Shown here: positions 1 to 9,693 of the stretch, one piece after another
Layout of the letters: every line of letters starts with the position of its first letter
Position numbering within the stretch: the first letter of the stretch is position 1
Origin: Sulfolobales archaeon HS-7
GTDB lineage: Archaea > Thermoproteota > Thermoprotei_A > Sulfolobales > Sulfolobaceae
Length of the DNA stretch: 64,000 nucleotides
Direction of reading: 5' to 3'
Assembly: GCA_019704295.1 (NCBI GenBank)
Contig: AP024596.1
Span: 1,184,001 to 1,248,000, forward strand
Program-made: the position numbers and the translations under genes
Notes under the pieces: model-generated
Database searches by the model: none
What the model was told of the DNA's origin: nothing
Seen by the model: the letters and a program-made list of their open reading frames with translations, nothing else

Positions 1-628
1 CTGAGGGGAAACCGCCGAATCTTAAGAAATCTAGAAATAACTTCTTTATCTCGCTTTCGTTGGCTAGCAACTCCAAGGTTGTGCTTACTTTCATCCCTTT
101 GAATGATAAAAATTCCTTAAACGATAAGGGGAGCACTTCCGTGGAAATGTGCCTACCTGATAGTACTTCCCTAACTTTCCCCTTGTTCATAATTGATGTA
201 GACCCGGAGACGGCAACGTAAGCTCCCTTTCTGTCCACTAAGGACCTAACAAACCCTTCCCAATTCCTAACCTTGTGAATCTCGTCCAAGAAGATGTACG
301 GTTTTCCCTTTGCCCCTGTCTCCTCCGTATATATATTTAAAACTTCAAACAATTTCTCTGCAGAGTCGACCTCAGACAACCTAGCGTCCTCGAAGTTAAT
401 GATCAATGACAGGAAGGGACTCACGCCTTTCTCTTTTATTAGATAATTAACGATCTGATTAAATATGGTTGACTTACCGCTCCTTTTCACTCCCACTACA
501 TCCGCTACGAAATCCGCTTCCATTATCTCTAGGACTTTCCTGGTATAATGTCTGGGATGTCCTATGAATTGCTCCCTGTACCAGAAGTTCCAATCAATTA
601 GTGCCCTTATCACGTTTTCCCTATTCAT
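1..628 (-). CDS. ATP-binding protein, AAA+ / DUF4143-type ATPase (runs off the window start)
   Basis: Not in the ORF track. Manual translation from ATG at 628: MNRENVIRALIDWNFW...GVKRSGKST (Walker A)...INFED...YIFLDEIH (Walker B)...SGS...LSGRH...FGGFP. Paralogous to 33031..34263. Confidence 0.9.
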   Translation of the reverse strand, partial: MNRENVIRALIDWNFWYREQFIGHPRHYTRKVLEIMEADFVADVVGVKRSGKSTIFNQIVNYLIKEKGVSPFLSLIINFEDARLSEVDSAEKLFEVLNIYTEETGAKGKPYIFLDEIHKVRNWEGFVRSLVDRKGAYVAVSGSTSIMNKGKVREVLSGRHISTEVLPLSFKEFLSFKGMKVSTTLELLANESEIKKLFLDFLRFGGFPS

Positions 629-637
629 AAGAGGCCT

Positions 638-695
638 ATGAGTCAAAAGTTCATAAATTTGACTCTTATAATGAGTCAAAAGTTCATAAATTTGA
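638..695. promoter_or_regulatory. Tandem 25-bp direct repeat containing GAGTCAAA/TTTGACTC inverted half-sites over the ATPase promoter
   Basis: ATGAGTCAAAAGTTCATAAATTTGA occurs at 638-662 and 671-695. GAGTCAAA (640-647) and TTTGACTC (658-665) flank a minus-strand TATA-like TTTATGAA. Confidence 0.65.
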
Positions 696-1441
696 ATCCT
701 TAAATGATTCTCGACAAATCCTTCATAGGTATTTTTACCTAACGATCACCTGTGTGGAGGAGAGTATGAAGTTTTGGCCTGCTATTGTTAACGCTAGACT
801 AGTATTCAAACTAACGTTGGGTTTCAAATTAATGAGAGAACGTTAAACATAAAGTCTAAGAACGTTGAAGGCATCCATAAGGCACGTTTATTCGAAGGTC
901 ATTACGAGTCGAGGCCGAAAAACTTCACCGTTTATCAGAACATAAAAACCAAGGTGTTTGATTTGTATATGATGACGTCCTTTGGTGCCATGGTTCCCAG
1001 TGTTCTACAGAATGAGGCGTGCTATGTATAACGCTATGAGAGATCATCGCTTGACTATAAAGGTTTGACTAAGTATGATCTAGGATTGGCAGGAACCTTA
1101 GGATTTATGGAAACCTTGACCAGTACTTCGTGCTAGCAAGGCGTTATACGCTTAGATGTGTTATGCGGAATCCATGTAGGGCCTCACATTGGATAAAAGA
1201 AGCGTTATGGAGTGTTCCTGGTAACTAAATTTATAGAAATCGAGAGTCGACTATTAAGAACGCTTCCTGAGAGGAATTGAGTAGAGTTGTTGAGGAACTT
1301 CATCAAAAAGGAAGAGATTAGGCACACTTTACTAAAAATCAAACTGTAATAAATTGTTTTCTTACCATATATTTTCCATATTGTTGTATTAATAAATCTT
1401 AAAAGGCAAAAACTTTTTAAGCGAAGCGAATATAACGTATT

Positions 1442-2341
1442 GTGTCCCATGCTAAAGCTTCGACGAATTATGCCGAAATAATTTCTGAAGTAATCAATAA
1501 GGAAAATAAGATAAGGCTAATTCTCAAGACTTTCGGTATTAAACGCGCATTTTTGACACAATTGAGAAAGGACTACTCCTTTCGATTATATCCTGTATTC
1601 TTTTCCGAGGACTTTAACCTCAGTAAGAGGGTAGTTTGGTGTAGGAACTCAAAATTAAAGTACAGCATGGCTATGTCAATATTCGACTCTGTCATGAATT
1701 TATTCAGAGGGGATATAGAAACGAGTTCCTTTGTAACCGTCTTATTTACGGATTCTCAATCAAAAGATGGATTAAACGAAGTTATAAACTACCTTAACGA
1801 TTTAGGATTAGCGGAATGTGAGGTATTTAACGTTAGAAAAACCGTCAAGTTAACGAGAGAACCGAGTTGTTTCGATTTCGAAAAGGGGACGTGGGTTTGC
1901 GGAGAAGTATTAAATACGTATGGGAGGGACGCATCAGTCATAAGCAACAGCTTTGATGTTAAAGACGTGATCCTGTCCAACCATATCTATCAAGGTGAAA
2001 ATATCAGGAAGCTAATTCACCATTTACCCCACATTCTTCCAACAATTCAGGGGTTCACTTACACTCTCAAGTCGAACGATTACATAGTCGACGTAATTGG
2101 GGAGGAACCTTTAGACACTTTTCCCAATACTGTCTGGTATTTGAAGCTTGATAGGAGATATCTAACCGAGATCCATCTATCTAAGGAGGAGTTATATAAG
2201 TTCTCACATTTGTGCAAAAGGGACAGTATAATAAGCATAAGAAGCGAGAGTTTTTCCAAGGCTAAACCCCTTCCCGTAGAGTTTTTTAAAGAGGGAATTT
2301 GGAAGTTTCCTACAATAAAAGTAGTATATCAGGAAATGTGA
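1442..2341 (+). CDS. Hypothetical protein, possibly a crenarchaeal large Lrp/AsnC-like regulator
   Basis: 299-aa ORF with a TTTTTAAG TATA-like box upstream. It contains PSCFDFEKGTW, similar to PESYDPKKDVW in 7254..7952. Function is inferred only. Confidence 0.55.
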   Translation: MSHAKASTNYAEIISEVINKENKIRLILKTFGIKRAFLTQLRKDYSFRLYPVFFSEDFNLSKRVVWCRNSKLKYSMAMSIFDSVMNLFRGDIETSSFVTVLFTDSQSKDGLNEVINYLNDLGLAECEVFNVRKTVKLTREPSCFDFEKGTWVCGEVLNTYGRDASVISNSFDVKDVILSNHIYQGENIRKLIHHLPHILPTIQGFTYTLKSNDYIVDVIGEEPLDTFPNTVWYLKLDRRYLTEIHLSKEELYKFSHLCKRDSIISIRSESFSKAKPLPVEFFKEGIWKFPTIKVVYQEM

Positions 2342-2574
2342 GTACAGTAAACTTTTATAATTTTGTTTCTGTGAAAAATTATTTTCTTGTTACTCCGATG
2401 AAAAAATTAACTATTGCGAAAAAGGAAGGGATTAGACTAAATAAGTTTTAAATGACAACTCGGTTGACTGAAAATAATTAACTGTGTTTCCGCGGTAGGT
2501 ATCATATGTACTTAAGGTTTAAGGGGAAATATTTATAATGAGTTAGGACAGAAAAGCTTATAGGTGAGTGAAAG

Positions 2575-3978
2575 GTGATGCTAAGGCTTACTAGAGGATC
2601 TGTTGGAATTAAGGAAGCTTATAGCCAGGCTATGGCCGTTACCGCTCCCCTGGGTAGCGTAGTTTCAACTACGACTGCTGCTGTAGCTTATGCCGGAGGA
2701 GGGGTATTATTAGCGACCTTCCTAGCTCTGTTAGCTAGTGCTATGTGGATATTTACGTTAACGCGATATTCCGGGAAGGTGGCATCAGCGGGGGGATTTT
2801 ACTCCTTTTCCTCAGCTGCGTGGGGAAGTAAAAAAGTGAGCTTCTTCGAGGCATTCATTGAAATTGGAGCTTACGTTATTCTAAATGCTGCGAATGTAAT
2901 TGCGACTATAACGATACTAAAGTTCGTAAATAGCTTAGGATTTACGATTCCAAGTTTCATTAGCTGGCTCGTTCTGGGTATTTGCGTGATTTACCCCACT
3001 CTATTATCTCTGTACGATGTGAGGAAAGTATTAGGCAGAGTCGTTCTAATTGCGGGAAGTGCTGAAGTAGCACTATTGATAATGATGTTCATATACTCGG
3101 TAGTCACAAGGGGTTTTCAACCTCATTTATTCGTGTCAACCAGATCGATCGGAACAGGCGGATTCGCGTTAGCCTTTATACTTACCCTAGTTAGCATTTC
3201 TGGTGCTGGTGCAGCTACATATCTTGGAGAGGAGGCCAAACTTCCTACTAAGACGATTAATCTAGGGATGTGGCTGTCACTGATTATAGGGGGTATCGCT
3301 ATTTCCCTAGGCACTTACGGTTTACTCTCGCTTTGGTCAGGTCCTATTGCATCTATTCAGAACTCTCAACAACCTCTTTTAGCAGAGTTTAGTAGGATTG
3401 GAACTTTTCCGCTATTGCTCACAATGGTTTTAGCAATAAACAGCCTTGTTACGTCTAATATAGGCACGACTCTAGGGAGCGCTAGAATTCTGTTCAATCT
3501 TTCAAGAGAAAACGCTGCCCCTAAGCTATTTTCGAAAATGAGTAAAAGTGGTCAGCCAATAGTGGCCACTATAGTTATAGGTATCTTCACGGCGTTATTG
3601 TCAATTTTGCCGTCACTAGTTGAGGGATTTTACTCCGCGTTTTTAGACGTAAGTGCGATAGCCAGTATATTCTGGGTTACAGGAAGATTAATAGACTCTG
3701 CGGGTGTTCCGGTTTTCCTAATGAGAATAAGGCGTCTGAGTGTAATGAGTTTAATAATCCCGTTAGTGGTTACTGCCCTAAATGTGTGGGGAATAAGCGT
3801 ATCTGTGTCGCAGTTTGACATCGTTCAAGCGGGCATAATAACCATAACTGCAGGGTTACTAATACTATGGTACGCCAGGTACGGTAGGAAAGGTAAACCA
3901 GGTTCTCTCATGGTAGATGATAAAGGAGAGCTAATAACAAGAGACGAATTGTTAAAGAGGTTAATAGCGGGTACTTAA
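2575..3978 (+). CDS. APC-family amino acid permease
   Basis: About 12 hydrophobic segments; motifs QAMAVTAPLGS, SAGGFY, YLGEEAKLP, ARILFNLSRE. Confidence 0.9.
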   Translation: MMLRLTRGSVGIKEAYSQAMAVTAPLGSVVSTTTAAVAYAGGGVLLATFLALLASAMWIFTLTRYSGKVASAGGFYSFSSAAWGSKKVSFFEAFIEIGAYVILNAANVIATITILKFVNSLGFTIPSFISWLVLGICVIYPTLLSLYDVRKVLGRVVLIAGSAEVALLIMMFIYSVVTRGFQPHLFVSTRSIGTGGFALAFILTLVSISGAGAATYLGEEAKLPTKTINLGMWLSLIIGGIAISLGTYGLLSLWSGPIASIQNSQQPLLAEFSRIGTFPLLLTMVLAINSLVTSNIGTTLGSARILFNLSRENAAPKLFSKMSKSGQPIVATIVIGIFTALLSILPSLVEGFYSAFLDVSAIASIFWVTGRLIDSAGVPVFLMRIRRLSVMSLIIPLVVTALNVWGISVSVSQFDIVQAGIITITAGLLILWYARYGRKGKPGSLMVDDKGELITRDELLKRLIAGT

Positions 3979-3993
3979 GTTAATGACAATACC

Positions 3994-4860
3994 TTATAAT
4001 ACGTCTATTTCCTTTACCCTTGGTAGTACTCCTCTTTCCTCAGCTAGCTTGTAGAACACTTCCATTCCCGACTTTACTTTCTCAAAAGGAACATTATACT
4101 CATCAATATCAGTCCTTATCGTACTCTCCATTATTCCCTTATCGAAATTAGTCCCGTGGACGGAAGACATTATCTCCGCGTCTTTTTTTATAATGGTTTC
4201 CAAGTTCCTCTCCGCAAACCTCTTTGACCTTTCGTATAGGGATTTGAACTTCAGTCCAACTTCTTTGCCTAGTTCCTTGTTAAATACAACCATGCCCATT
4301 GGCATTGGCAAGCTTGATGAAAACTCCTTCCATAATTCCCACATGCTGCCCACCTTATACACCTCCTTACCTAGTTTCTTAAGCTGGTACATCGCCTTTA
4401 TCTCATGTACAGCAACTATAACGTCCCCCTCCCTTCCCAATGCGTTCAATTCGTCGATGACTTTCCTCACCACTACTAGCCTCCTGTACTTCCCGATGAA
4501 GAGCTTATATAAAGTAAAAGCCGTGGTATTGAGTCCGTGAACTATTACCCTTGAATCCGGCAGTTCATCGAACTTCATCTGATTTGCCGCTAGAATCGGC
4601 ATTCCGGTGATTCCGTCAGTCGCAGCAGCTACTCCGTTTGACATCACAAAATAGAAATCTTGAATATACGGATAGAGTGCTGCCGATGGTACTGAGACGT
4701 CAAGTTCTCTCTTTATTACCCTTTCGTTTATATCCTGCACTGTCTGTATGACCTCAAATTCCGTATTTATTCCTTCCTCCTTAACCCAACCCTCCATAAT
4801 AGGAATCATCGGGTATAAATCTCCTGAATCAGCTAATGCCCCTACTCTTATCGTTGTCAT
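3994..4860 (-). CDS. MqnA/MqnD-family periplasmic-binding-fold protein (MqnD-like)
   Basis: IRVG..DSGD, LNTTA..L, VHE and LPMPMG resemble the MqnD pattern (TTA, IHE, LPLPLG). Start at MTTIRV (4860) is preferred over 4896. Confidence 0.7.
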   Translation of the reverse strand: MTTIRVGALADSGDLYPMIPIMEGWVKEEGINTEFEVIQTVQDINERVIKRELDVSVPSAALYPYIQDFYFVMSNGVAAATDGITGMPILAANQMKFDELPDSRVIVHGLNTTAFTLYKLFIGKYRRLVVVRKVIDELNALGREGDVIVAVHEIKAMYQLKKLGKEVYKVGSMWELWKEFSSSLPMPMGMVVFNKELGKEVGLKFKSLYERSKRFAERNLETIIKKDAEIMSSVHGTNFDKGIMESTIRTDIDEYNVPFEKVKSGMEVFYKLAEERGVLPRVKEIDVL

Positions 4861-5078
4861 ATTCCTTAATACCTTATCTACATTAAAAAACTTCATTTAA
4901 CCCAGTGATTAGAAGGTAATATATTAACGACTAGACGAGTAGGACAAATCTATTATAAGTTAAGTTGGAGTATTCGCTTTTCATGACGATATAGCTAATT
5001 ATAAAGGAAGTGATTCAGTGTTAGGGTATTCTGAGGAAAGTTAATTAATATGTATGAGTAAAAACCTCAGAAAACCAC

Positions 5079-5681
5079 ATGGGTGTAATTGTTTTCATAA
5101 GGCATGGACAGAGCGTTTCTAACGTGATGAGGATACTCACCTGTGATAACGAAGGCTATCCCTTAACGGATGAGGGAATATCGCAGTCTCAGGCTGTGGC
5201 AAATGAAATTGCTAAGTTAAGAGTCGAGAAAATCTTTACTAGTCCGGTAATAAGGGCTTACCAAACTGCCTCAATTATTGGGGAACGATTGGGGCTAATT
5301 CCAATTGTGGATATGAGGCTGAGAGAAAGAGGTTTAGGAGAACTCAACAACACCAGAATAACGGATTATCACTGGAAGATAAAACTGTATCAAGGTATGT
5401 ATAAGGGCGTTGAGAGCTGGGAGGAGATGCAAAACAGGATGCTTCACTTTGTGAACTCAATAAGCAATTACTCGGTAGTAGCAGCCGTCTCTCATAACGA
5501 TCCGATAAAAAGCGTAATAGGACATTACCTAAATATGGACGATATATCGATGTTTGGCCTGGTTATTAATAATGCTAATATGACAATAATTAACACTGAA
5601 GCAGATAAGCCCATATTAGCCCTGAGCACACCGCTCCTCTCGAGAAATCTGTTAAACAACCTCCGTTCTTACGTTAAGTAA
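5079..5681 (+). CDS. Histidine phosphatase / cofactor-dependent phosphoglycerate mutase family
   Basis: RHGQS, SP..RA.QTA, LRER.LG, GVES and VSH motifs. Confidence 0.9.
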   Translation: MGVIVFIRHGQSVSNVMRILTCDNEGYPLTDEGISQSQAVANEIAKLRVEKIFTSPVIRAYQTASIIGERLGLIPIVDMRLRERGLGELNNTRITDYHWKIKLYQGMYKGVESWEEMQNRMLHFVNSISNYSVVAAVSHNDPIKSVIGHYLNMDDISMFGLVINNANMTIINTEADKPILALSTPLLSRNLLNNLRSYVK

Positions 5682-6335
5682 CGACAGATAGCTGCCAATT
5701 GAATCCCTTATCCCTCTGTTCAGGTTATCTATAATCCCTGTAGTAATCTTGACTGAATTTCTTTTCACCGTTCTCTCCACCAATTCATATGAGAGGTTAG
5801 CTATCTGATACTTCGAGATAATGTGACCGAAGCAATATCCCTTCAGAGCCATTTTCGTAAAAACTGGCGCGTAGTGGCCTCCTCCGAAACCAACCGCGAA
5901 TTCCTTGCAGTCTCCTCCTTTCCCTATCGCTTGAACAACAGAATCCGCTAGGAATTTCACCGCTTTTTCATCGTTCCATTCTCTCTCAGTACTGCCTAAT
6001 TCCGCAAAGACGATGGGGGATTTTATTTTATAAGGACCGTGGTGCGTAGCTTCGAACGAGGCCTTTATACCGAACGGATTACCATATAGGTTTCTGAGAA
6101 TGGAAGTTCCTAGAACGGGTTCGGCAATTCCTAGTTCAGTGGAGGCATCGCCTACGAAGTGGACTGTGAACGCAGGAGTCTTACTACTACTTTCATGTCT
6201 TGAAATAACTACTATTGGTTCATCAGACTCATAATGCAATTCTGTAGGATCCTCATCTACTATATGCCCATCGAATCCAAGTTCGATCAGTTTTTGTCCA
6301 ACCGGGTCCCTATTAGATATGATAATTACAACCAT
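5652..6335 (-). CDS. dtdA: D-aminoacyl-tRNA deacylase (archaeal DTD2/GEK1 type)
   Basis: SRHES, FTVH, EATHHGP, ELGSTEREW, GGGHYAP and GHIISKY motifs. Confidence 0.9.
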   Translation of the reverse strand: MVVIIISNRDPVGQKLIELGFDGHIVDEDPTELHYESDEPIVVISRHESSSKTPAFTVHFVGDASTELGIAEPVLGTSILRNLYGNPFGIKASFEATHHGPYKIKSPIVFAELGSTEREWNDEKAVKFLADSVVQAIGKGGDCKEFAVGFGGGHYAPVFTKMALKGYCFGHIISKYQIANLSYELVERTVKRNSVKITTGIIDNLNRGIRDSIGSYLSLLNVRTEVV

Positions 6336-6343
6336 TATGTAAA

Positions 6344-7045
6344 TTACCTCGCCTGAAAGAATAGAGCTCCCTTCTTATCTCGCCACAAGTAGAGCACCCC
6401 GCGATAGTAGAGGTATACTAATCCTCTCAAAGTGTTCAGTAGGGTATTATATTCCTCGGTAGTCCAACTCCATTTATGACGACTGAACATGAGATCAGTT
6501 AACGTTAAGTTCCCCTTGAGGTAACTGCCTCTGGGCCAGGTCTTTAAGGAAAATACGGGATAAACCAAGATTAATTCTCTACCTAATTCCCTGATCCCAT
6601 AACCCGTGTCCTGTCACCTCAGAGACGGGGAGGGCTCTCTCAAATCGCGCTCGATTAAATCCTTCTCATGCACCTCGTGAAAGCACAAATCCGCGTAACC
6701 TAAAGTGTTGCGGACTTCATACCCAAATTTCAACCTAGTCCTTAACGTCTCTTCGTTAGTTAACGTTAGAAGTCGCAATCCTAGGTCAGGCATTATTGAA
6801 ATTGTTGAAAAAAGGAGTATTTAAGTATAAGGGGTTTATCCGTCCTCACAATCTTCAGCCTTTTAACTCGTCTGTCCCTTACCTTCATTTCAATCACCCT
6901 ACTTTCATTCACGATCTCTATAGGATCTTAAGCCTCGACCACCTTGTATGTGTCATGAAAATCCTTTGAGCTTAATGATACGGGGTTTGCATCTCTGTAT
7001 TTCCACTCTCATCCTTTTGGGCCTAACTCATACCGGTATGGAGGA
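6344..7045 (-). pseudogene. Fragmented, unidentified coding remnant(s)
   Basis: Minus-strand frames read like protein but are broken by stops and frameshifts (MRVEIQRCKPRIIKLK.., DPIEIVNESRVIEMKV.., MPDLGLRLLTL.., GIRELGRELILVYPVF..QAR). Confidence 0.35.
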
Positions 7046-7253
7046 TCATCCTTATCAAAAATTTTATTGTATATAAAGATATTAACAGGGAAAAATTAAG
7101 TCCATTGAAATAACGCCCTTCTGAGTGCCTGGATTAACATGTATCTCCCAAACTAAAATGATTGATATGCTGTGGATTCCAGGATAACATTTTAAAAATG
7201 ATCATACTTCGCTTAATTTAATGAGGACTCGGGAAGCGTCATTCAAGCCTGGA

Positions 7254-7952
7254 TTAAGTTGGGTACATAGCGAGTTTTACTAATCTAATTGCGGTTAAAT
7301 GATTCCTGATCATCTCAATTTTCTCCAGAACTTTGACCATTCCTTCGTAAGGTCCGAAGAGCTCTGCGTTGTATACGTACACGTTTTCCTCAATACACCT
7401 GAATACTCTCATTAGGCGTATAAACGGCACGTATTCAAAAAACTCCTTGATATCTTCGTCCAAGAAGAACACTTCAATCATGAAATCCCTAGTTCCGTAG
7501 TCGATTAAGAAACTGGAGAAAAATCCACTGTGAAGTAATTGTAAAGACCTCTCTAACCCTAAATTCTCTACCTCTATTAGGTTGGAGCCAAATTTTCTGA
7601 TCGCCTCTATTCCTTTTCGCAGTTCCATCGGTGTCAAGTGATTAGAGGACGATTTTGAGGGGGCGGCTTTGACATTTACGGAGTACCAAACGTCCTTTTT
7701 AGGGTCGTAAGATTCAGGGATTCCTGAGTAGTTCAATAGACTGACGAACTCTAACTTGTCCATTATTCCGCTTCCCCTATAAGGAGTTATGTGTTCTAAC
7801 CGTTCAAAGTTCCTTTCGTAATGTTTTACAATACTATCATTTACAACCCCAAAAAGCCTTAGTTGCTTAACAATGCTCTTATAGTAAGTCAACGAAGGCA
7901 TGGATAATTCCCTACCGTTTTTCGCATTATTTACGAACCAGCTAAATTTCAT
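7254..7952 (-). CDS. Hypothetical protein (possible relative of 1442..2341)
   Basis: 232-aa ORF with a YDPKKDVW motif; no recognised domain. Confidence 0.5.
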   Translation of the reverse strand: MKFSWFVNNAKNGRELSMPSLTYYKSIVKQLRLFGVVNDSIVKHYERNFERLEHITPYRGSGIMDKLEFVSLLNYSGIPESYDPKKDVWYSVNVKAAPSKSSSNHLTPMELRKGIEAIRKFGSNLIEVENLGLERSLQLLHSGFFSSFLIDYGTRDFMIEVFFLDEDIKEFFEYVPFIRLMRVFRCIEENVYVYNAELFGPYEGMVKVLEKIEMIRNHLTAIRLVKLAMYPT

Positions 7953-8306
7953 TACCGAATGAACTCTAACATAAATCGAATATAAAGGAATTGGTATTAC
8001 TGCTATATGTATCTAGTAAACATAACTCGGAACTTATCAAGGGATTAACGTATTTCTCATGAGTAGGATCTCTCTTTTTTTGAAGGAACTGCATGACTAT
8101 GGCGTGTGAATTTTACGATTAATAGGCTAAAAACGTCTCCATATATACCTAGGACGCTGCGGTTTCAGATGAGCATTAGTAAGTAAAAAGTAAGCCTAAA
8201 CAAAGTGCTTATTTGAGATCCCCTGGTGGTGTACTCTTTAAACTAGGCAAAAACCTAAACTTGATAGCGGGATAAACGTTTTCTATGAGGTTACGAAAAT
8301 ACCTTT

Positions 8307-9221
8307 ATGAGGTATGCGATATTCGATTCAGATACTGCAAGTGATGACGCTATCGCCTTACTAACATCAGCCAAGTTCTTTAGATTAATAGCGGTAACAA
8401 TAGTGGCAGGAAATGTGGATTTCGATCAGCAGGTGAGAAATGCAATATTTACTTTGGATTACTTTGGCTATGATGAAATTCCGGTATATCAAGGTGCCAG
8501 ACGACCGATTATGGGTAAGTGGGAGTACGCGAAAGAGGTGCACGGGGAGAACGGAATGGGGGAAATACAGGAAGTCAACGTGAAGAGGTCGGCTAGTATA
8601 GGCTTTGCCCCTGACGTAATACTGGAGATGGCTGAAAGATATTCGGGAGAACTTGAGATTTTCGCAGTTTCACCGTTAACAAACATAGCTCTAGCGTACT
8701 TGAAGGATCAACGTCTTCCAAAGAAGATAAAGAAGCTATGGATCATGGGAGGGGCTTTCTCTAGGGGAAACGCGTCACCCATAGCTGAGTATAATTTCTG
8801 GGTAGATCCCGAGGCAGCGTCCTTAGTGCTTAACGCAGGTTTTGATATAACAATTGTACCTTGGGAGACATGCGAACTCGGTGCAACTGTAGACGATTCG
8901 TTCTGGAACGAAATTTCCTCCCTCAAGACTAAAGCGTCGGAGTTCTTCGTAAAAGTCAACTCCAAAATGAGAAATTACTCTAAAAGAAAGGGACAGAAGG
9001 GGAGCGTCCAGACGGATACCTTAACGGTAGCCGTAGCTTATAATCCTAATCTTATCCTAGAGTCAATAAGGGGGAAAGTTGAGGTCGAGACGTGTTCCAT
9101 GAGCAGAGGGGCTATGCTTGTAGATTATTACGGCTTAGAGGGAAAAGAACCAAATGCGACTGTCGTCTCTAGGATTGATGGTCAGGCGTTTCGTGAGTTT
9201 CTCCTAGATGTTCTCTCTTAG
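8307..9221 (+). CDS. Inosine/uridine-preferring nucleoside hydrolase family
   Basis: N-terminal DSDTASDD Ca-binding motif, VHGENG, PLTNIA, IMGG and AEYNFWVDPEAA. Confidence 0.93.
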   Translation: MRYAIFDSDTASDDAIALLTSAKFFRLIAVTIVAGNVDFDQQVRNAIFTLDYFGYDEIPVYQGARRPIMGKWEYAKEVHGENGMGEIQEVNVKRSASIGFAPDVILEMAERYSGELEIFAVSPLTNIALAYLKDQRLPKKIKKLWIMGGAFSRGNASPIAEYNFWVDPEAASLVLNAGFDITIVPWETCELGATVDDSFWNEISSLKTKASEFFVKVNSKMRNYSKRKGQKGSVQTDTLTVAVAYNPNLILESIRGKVEVETCSMSRGAMLVDYYGLEGKEPNATVVSRIDGQAFREFLLDVLS

Positions 9222-9615
9222 AGCACTCCGCGTACGCAACCAAACTTATTCCCCTTATTTTCATTCCCTCCTCAGTAACGCTCTTGATAAGGCCACTTAC
9301 GTCAACTGGAATATCTATGATCTGATCAGTGTCGATGCAAACGACGTTTACGTGGTCGTCCTTCTTCATTTCATACCACGCAACACCCTTAGCTTCAAAA
9401 GCATTCAGAATCCCGTATTCAGTTAACGTCTCAAGAGTATTGTAGACCGTGGAAAGGCTTATTCCCGGCTCTACCTTCTTTATACTCTCGTAGATCTGCT
9501 CTCCTGTGAAATGCCCTCCTGAAGAGATTATATTAAGAATAGCAAGTCTCTGCGGCGTTACCTTTAGACCTGCGGATCTAAGTTTCTCTGCTATTTCCTT
9601 TTGACTCATAGTCAT
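9169..9615 (-). CDS. Fur-family transcriptional regulator
   Basis: GLKVTPQRLAIL, HFTGEQIY, ISLSTVYNTLETL, then HVNVVC. Confidence 0.9.
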   Translation of the reverse strand: MTMSQKEIAEKLRSAGLKVTPQRLAILNIISSGGHFTGEQIYESIKKVEPGISLSTVYNTLETLTEYGILNAFEAKGVAWYEMKKDDHVNVVCIDTDQIIDIPVDVSGLIKSVTEEGMKIRGISLVAYAECSKREHLGETHETPDHQS

Positions 9616-9693
9616 TACTACTCAGAAACAGTTATAAGCTTTCTCAGTGTTCGGGTCTCTTCATCACAATCTCAGGAAGACCCGCTCATCACC

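Noticed and set aside
638-695. Mini-CRISPR interpretation of the 25-bp repeat
   Set aside because: Only two units with an 8-nt spacer, positioned on a promoter.
760-1300. Coding-like fragments upstream of 1442
   Set aside because: Short frames with no recognisable family.
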